Of a stretch of DNA of 64,000 nucleotides, positions 63,362-64,000 are shown one piece after another. The DNA lies in the NCBI RefSeq assembly GCF_030684315.1, contig NC_081382.1, forward strand, positions 16,846,592 through 16,910,591. The letters run 5' to 3'. Position 1 is the first letter of the stretch, and each line of letters starts with the position of its first letter. The notes below the pieces were generated by a model, which was not told where the DNA came from, searched no databases, and worked only from the letters and a program-made list of their open reading frames with translations. Both the position numbers and the translations under genes were made by a program. Source of the stretch: Stegostoma tigrinum (taxonomy: Eukaryota).

Positions 63362-64000
63362 GTAAGGACAATCACTCAATCATAAAAGTGAATCTGTTTA
63401 AAATTAAGCGTAATTTATGTGTTAAAAAGATGTACAAGAACAAGATGGAAAATTGGTTTATGATTTTTCATAAAAATATCCAATGTTTATTTTACAATCA
63501 ATGCTACTGATACATAGCCTAAAATTGGATGATCAATTGTGAAAGAAAGACAGACCTCCCCCTCCTAATTTACAATGGCTCATAAAATAGACTGTGCACC
63601 ATGTGACAGTGTCATAAATGCCTTACTCTATAATTTTTCCGACTTCAACAGAAATGCCAACTGAAGCAGATCTTAAGAAGACAGTGACAATGTTGGTACA
63701 CATAGCCCCTTTCAGGTTTTCCAGCCTATTCATGTTTCTGGTCAATTAATAAACATGTGGACAGTTTAGTAAAATATGTTTGCTTTAGAGTAATTGTGCA
63801 TTTAAAAATATAAATATTATATGCATTAACATAAAAAATTGGTGTGAAGATGGAATCAGACTTACGTTTTCACGCATAAACAGCACTAGAAATGCTCAAC
63901 AGGTCCATCAGCCTCTGAGAAAAGAAAGGATGAGTTGCAATTTTGTAAGGAAGTGTTCTTTTTCTTTGTAAGAAAGATTGAATTTCAGAAGTAACTCAAT

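Noticed and set aside
1-64000. CRISPR arrays, tRNA/rRNA genes, prokaryotic operons
   Set aside because: This is eukaryotic intron-exon DNA. The tRNA-like segments are SINE heads, and no regularly spaced repeat-spacer array was seen.

Overview
Vertebrate (eukaryotic) genomic DNA, most likely from a shark; this is inferred from HE1/V-SINE-like SINEs, CR1 LINEs and Penelope-derived repeats. The window lies inside one + strand gene, a tenascin-C orthologue. I resolved 17 phase-1 GT-AG exons from FNIII-3 (RGD-bearing) to the first half of FNIII-7. Between constant repeats 5 and 6 lie 10 single-exon FNIII repeats: one resembles the tenascin-R alternatively spliced repeat, three carry or may carry N-terminal linkers, and six resemble the mammalian A/B/AD/C/D repeats. 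All 10 of these exons have GTAYT donors, while all 7 constant exons have GTAA donors. The introns hold a decayed Gypsy element, solo LTRs, CR1/L2 LINEs (one young CR1 nested in an older one), tRNA-derived SINEs and a Penelope-like GIY-YIG element. They also hold many short, often palindromic Penelope-derived insertions with long target-site duplications (TSDs), centred on a minimal hammerhead-ribozyme motif. Most ORFs in the supplied track are intronic noise. Comparisons with human TNC/TNR are from memory and were not computed.
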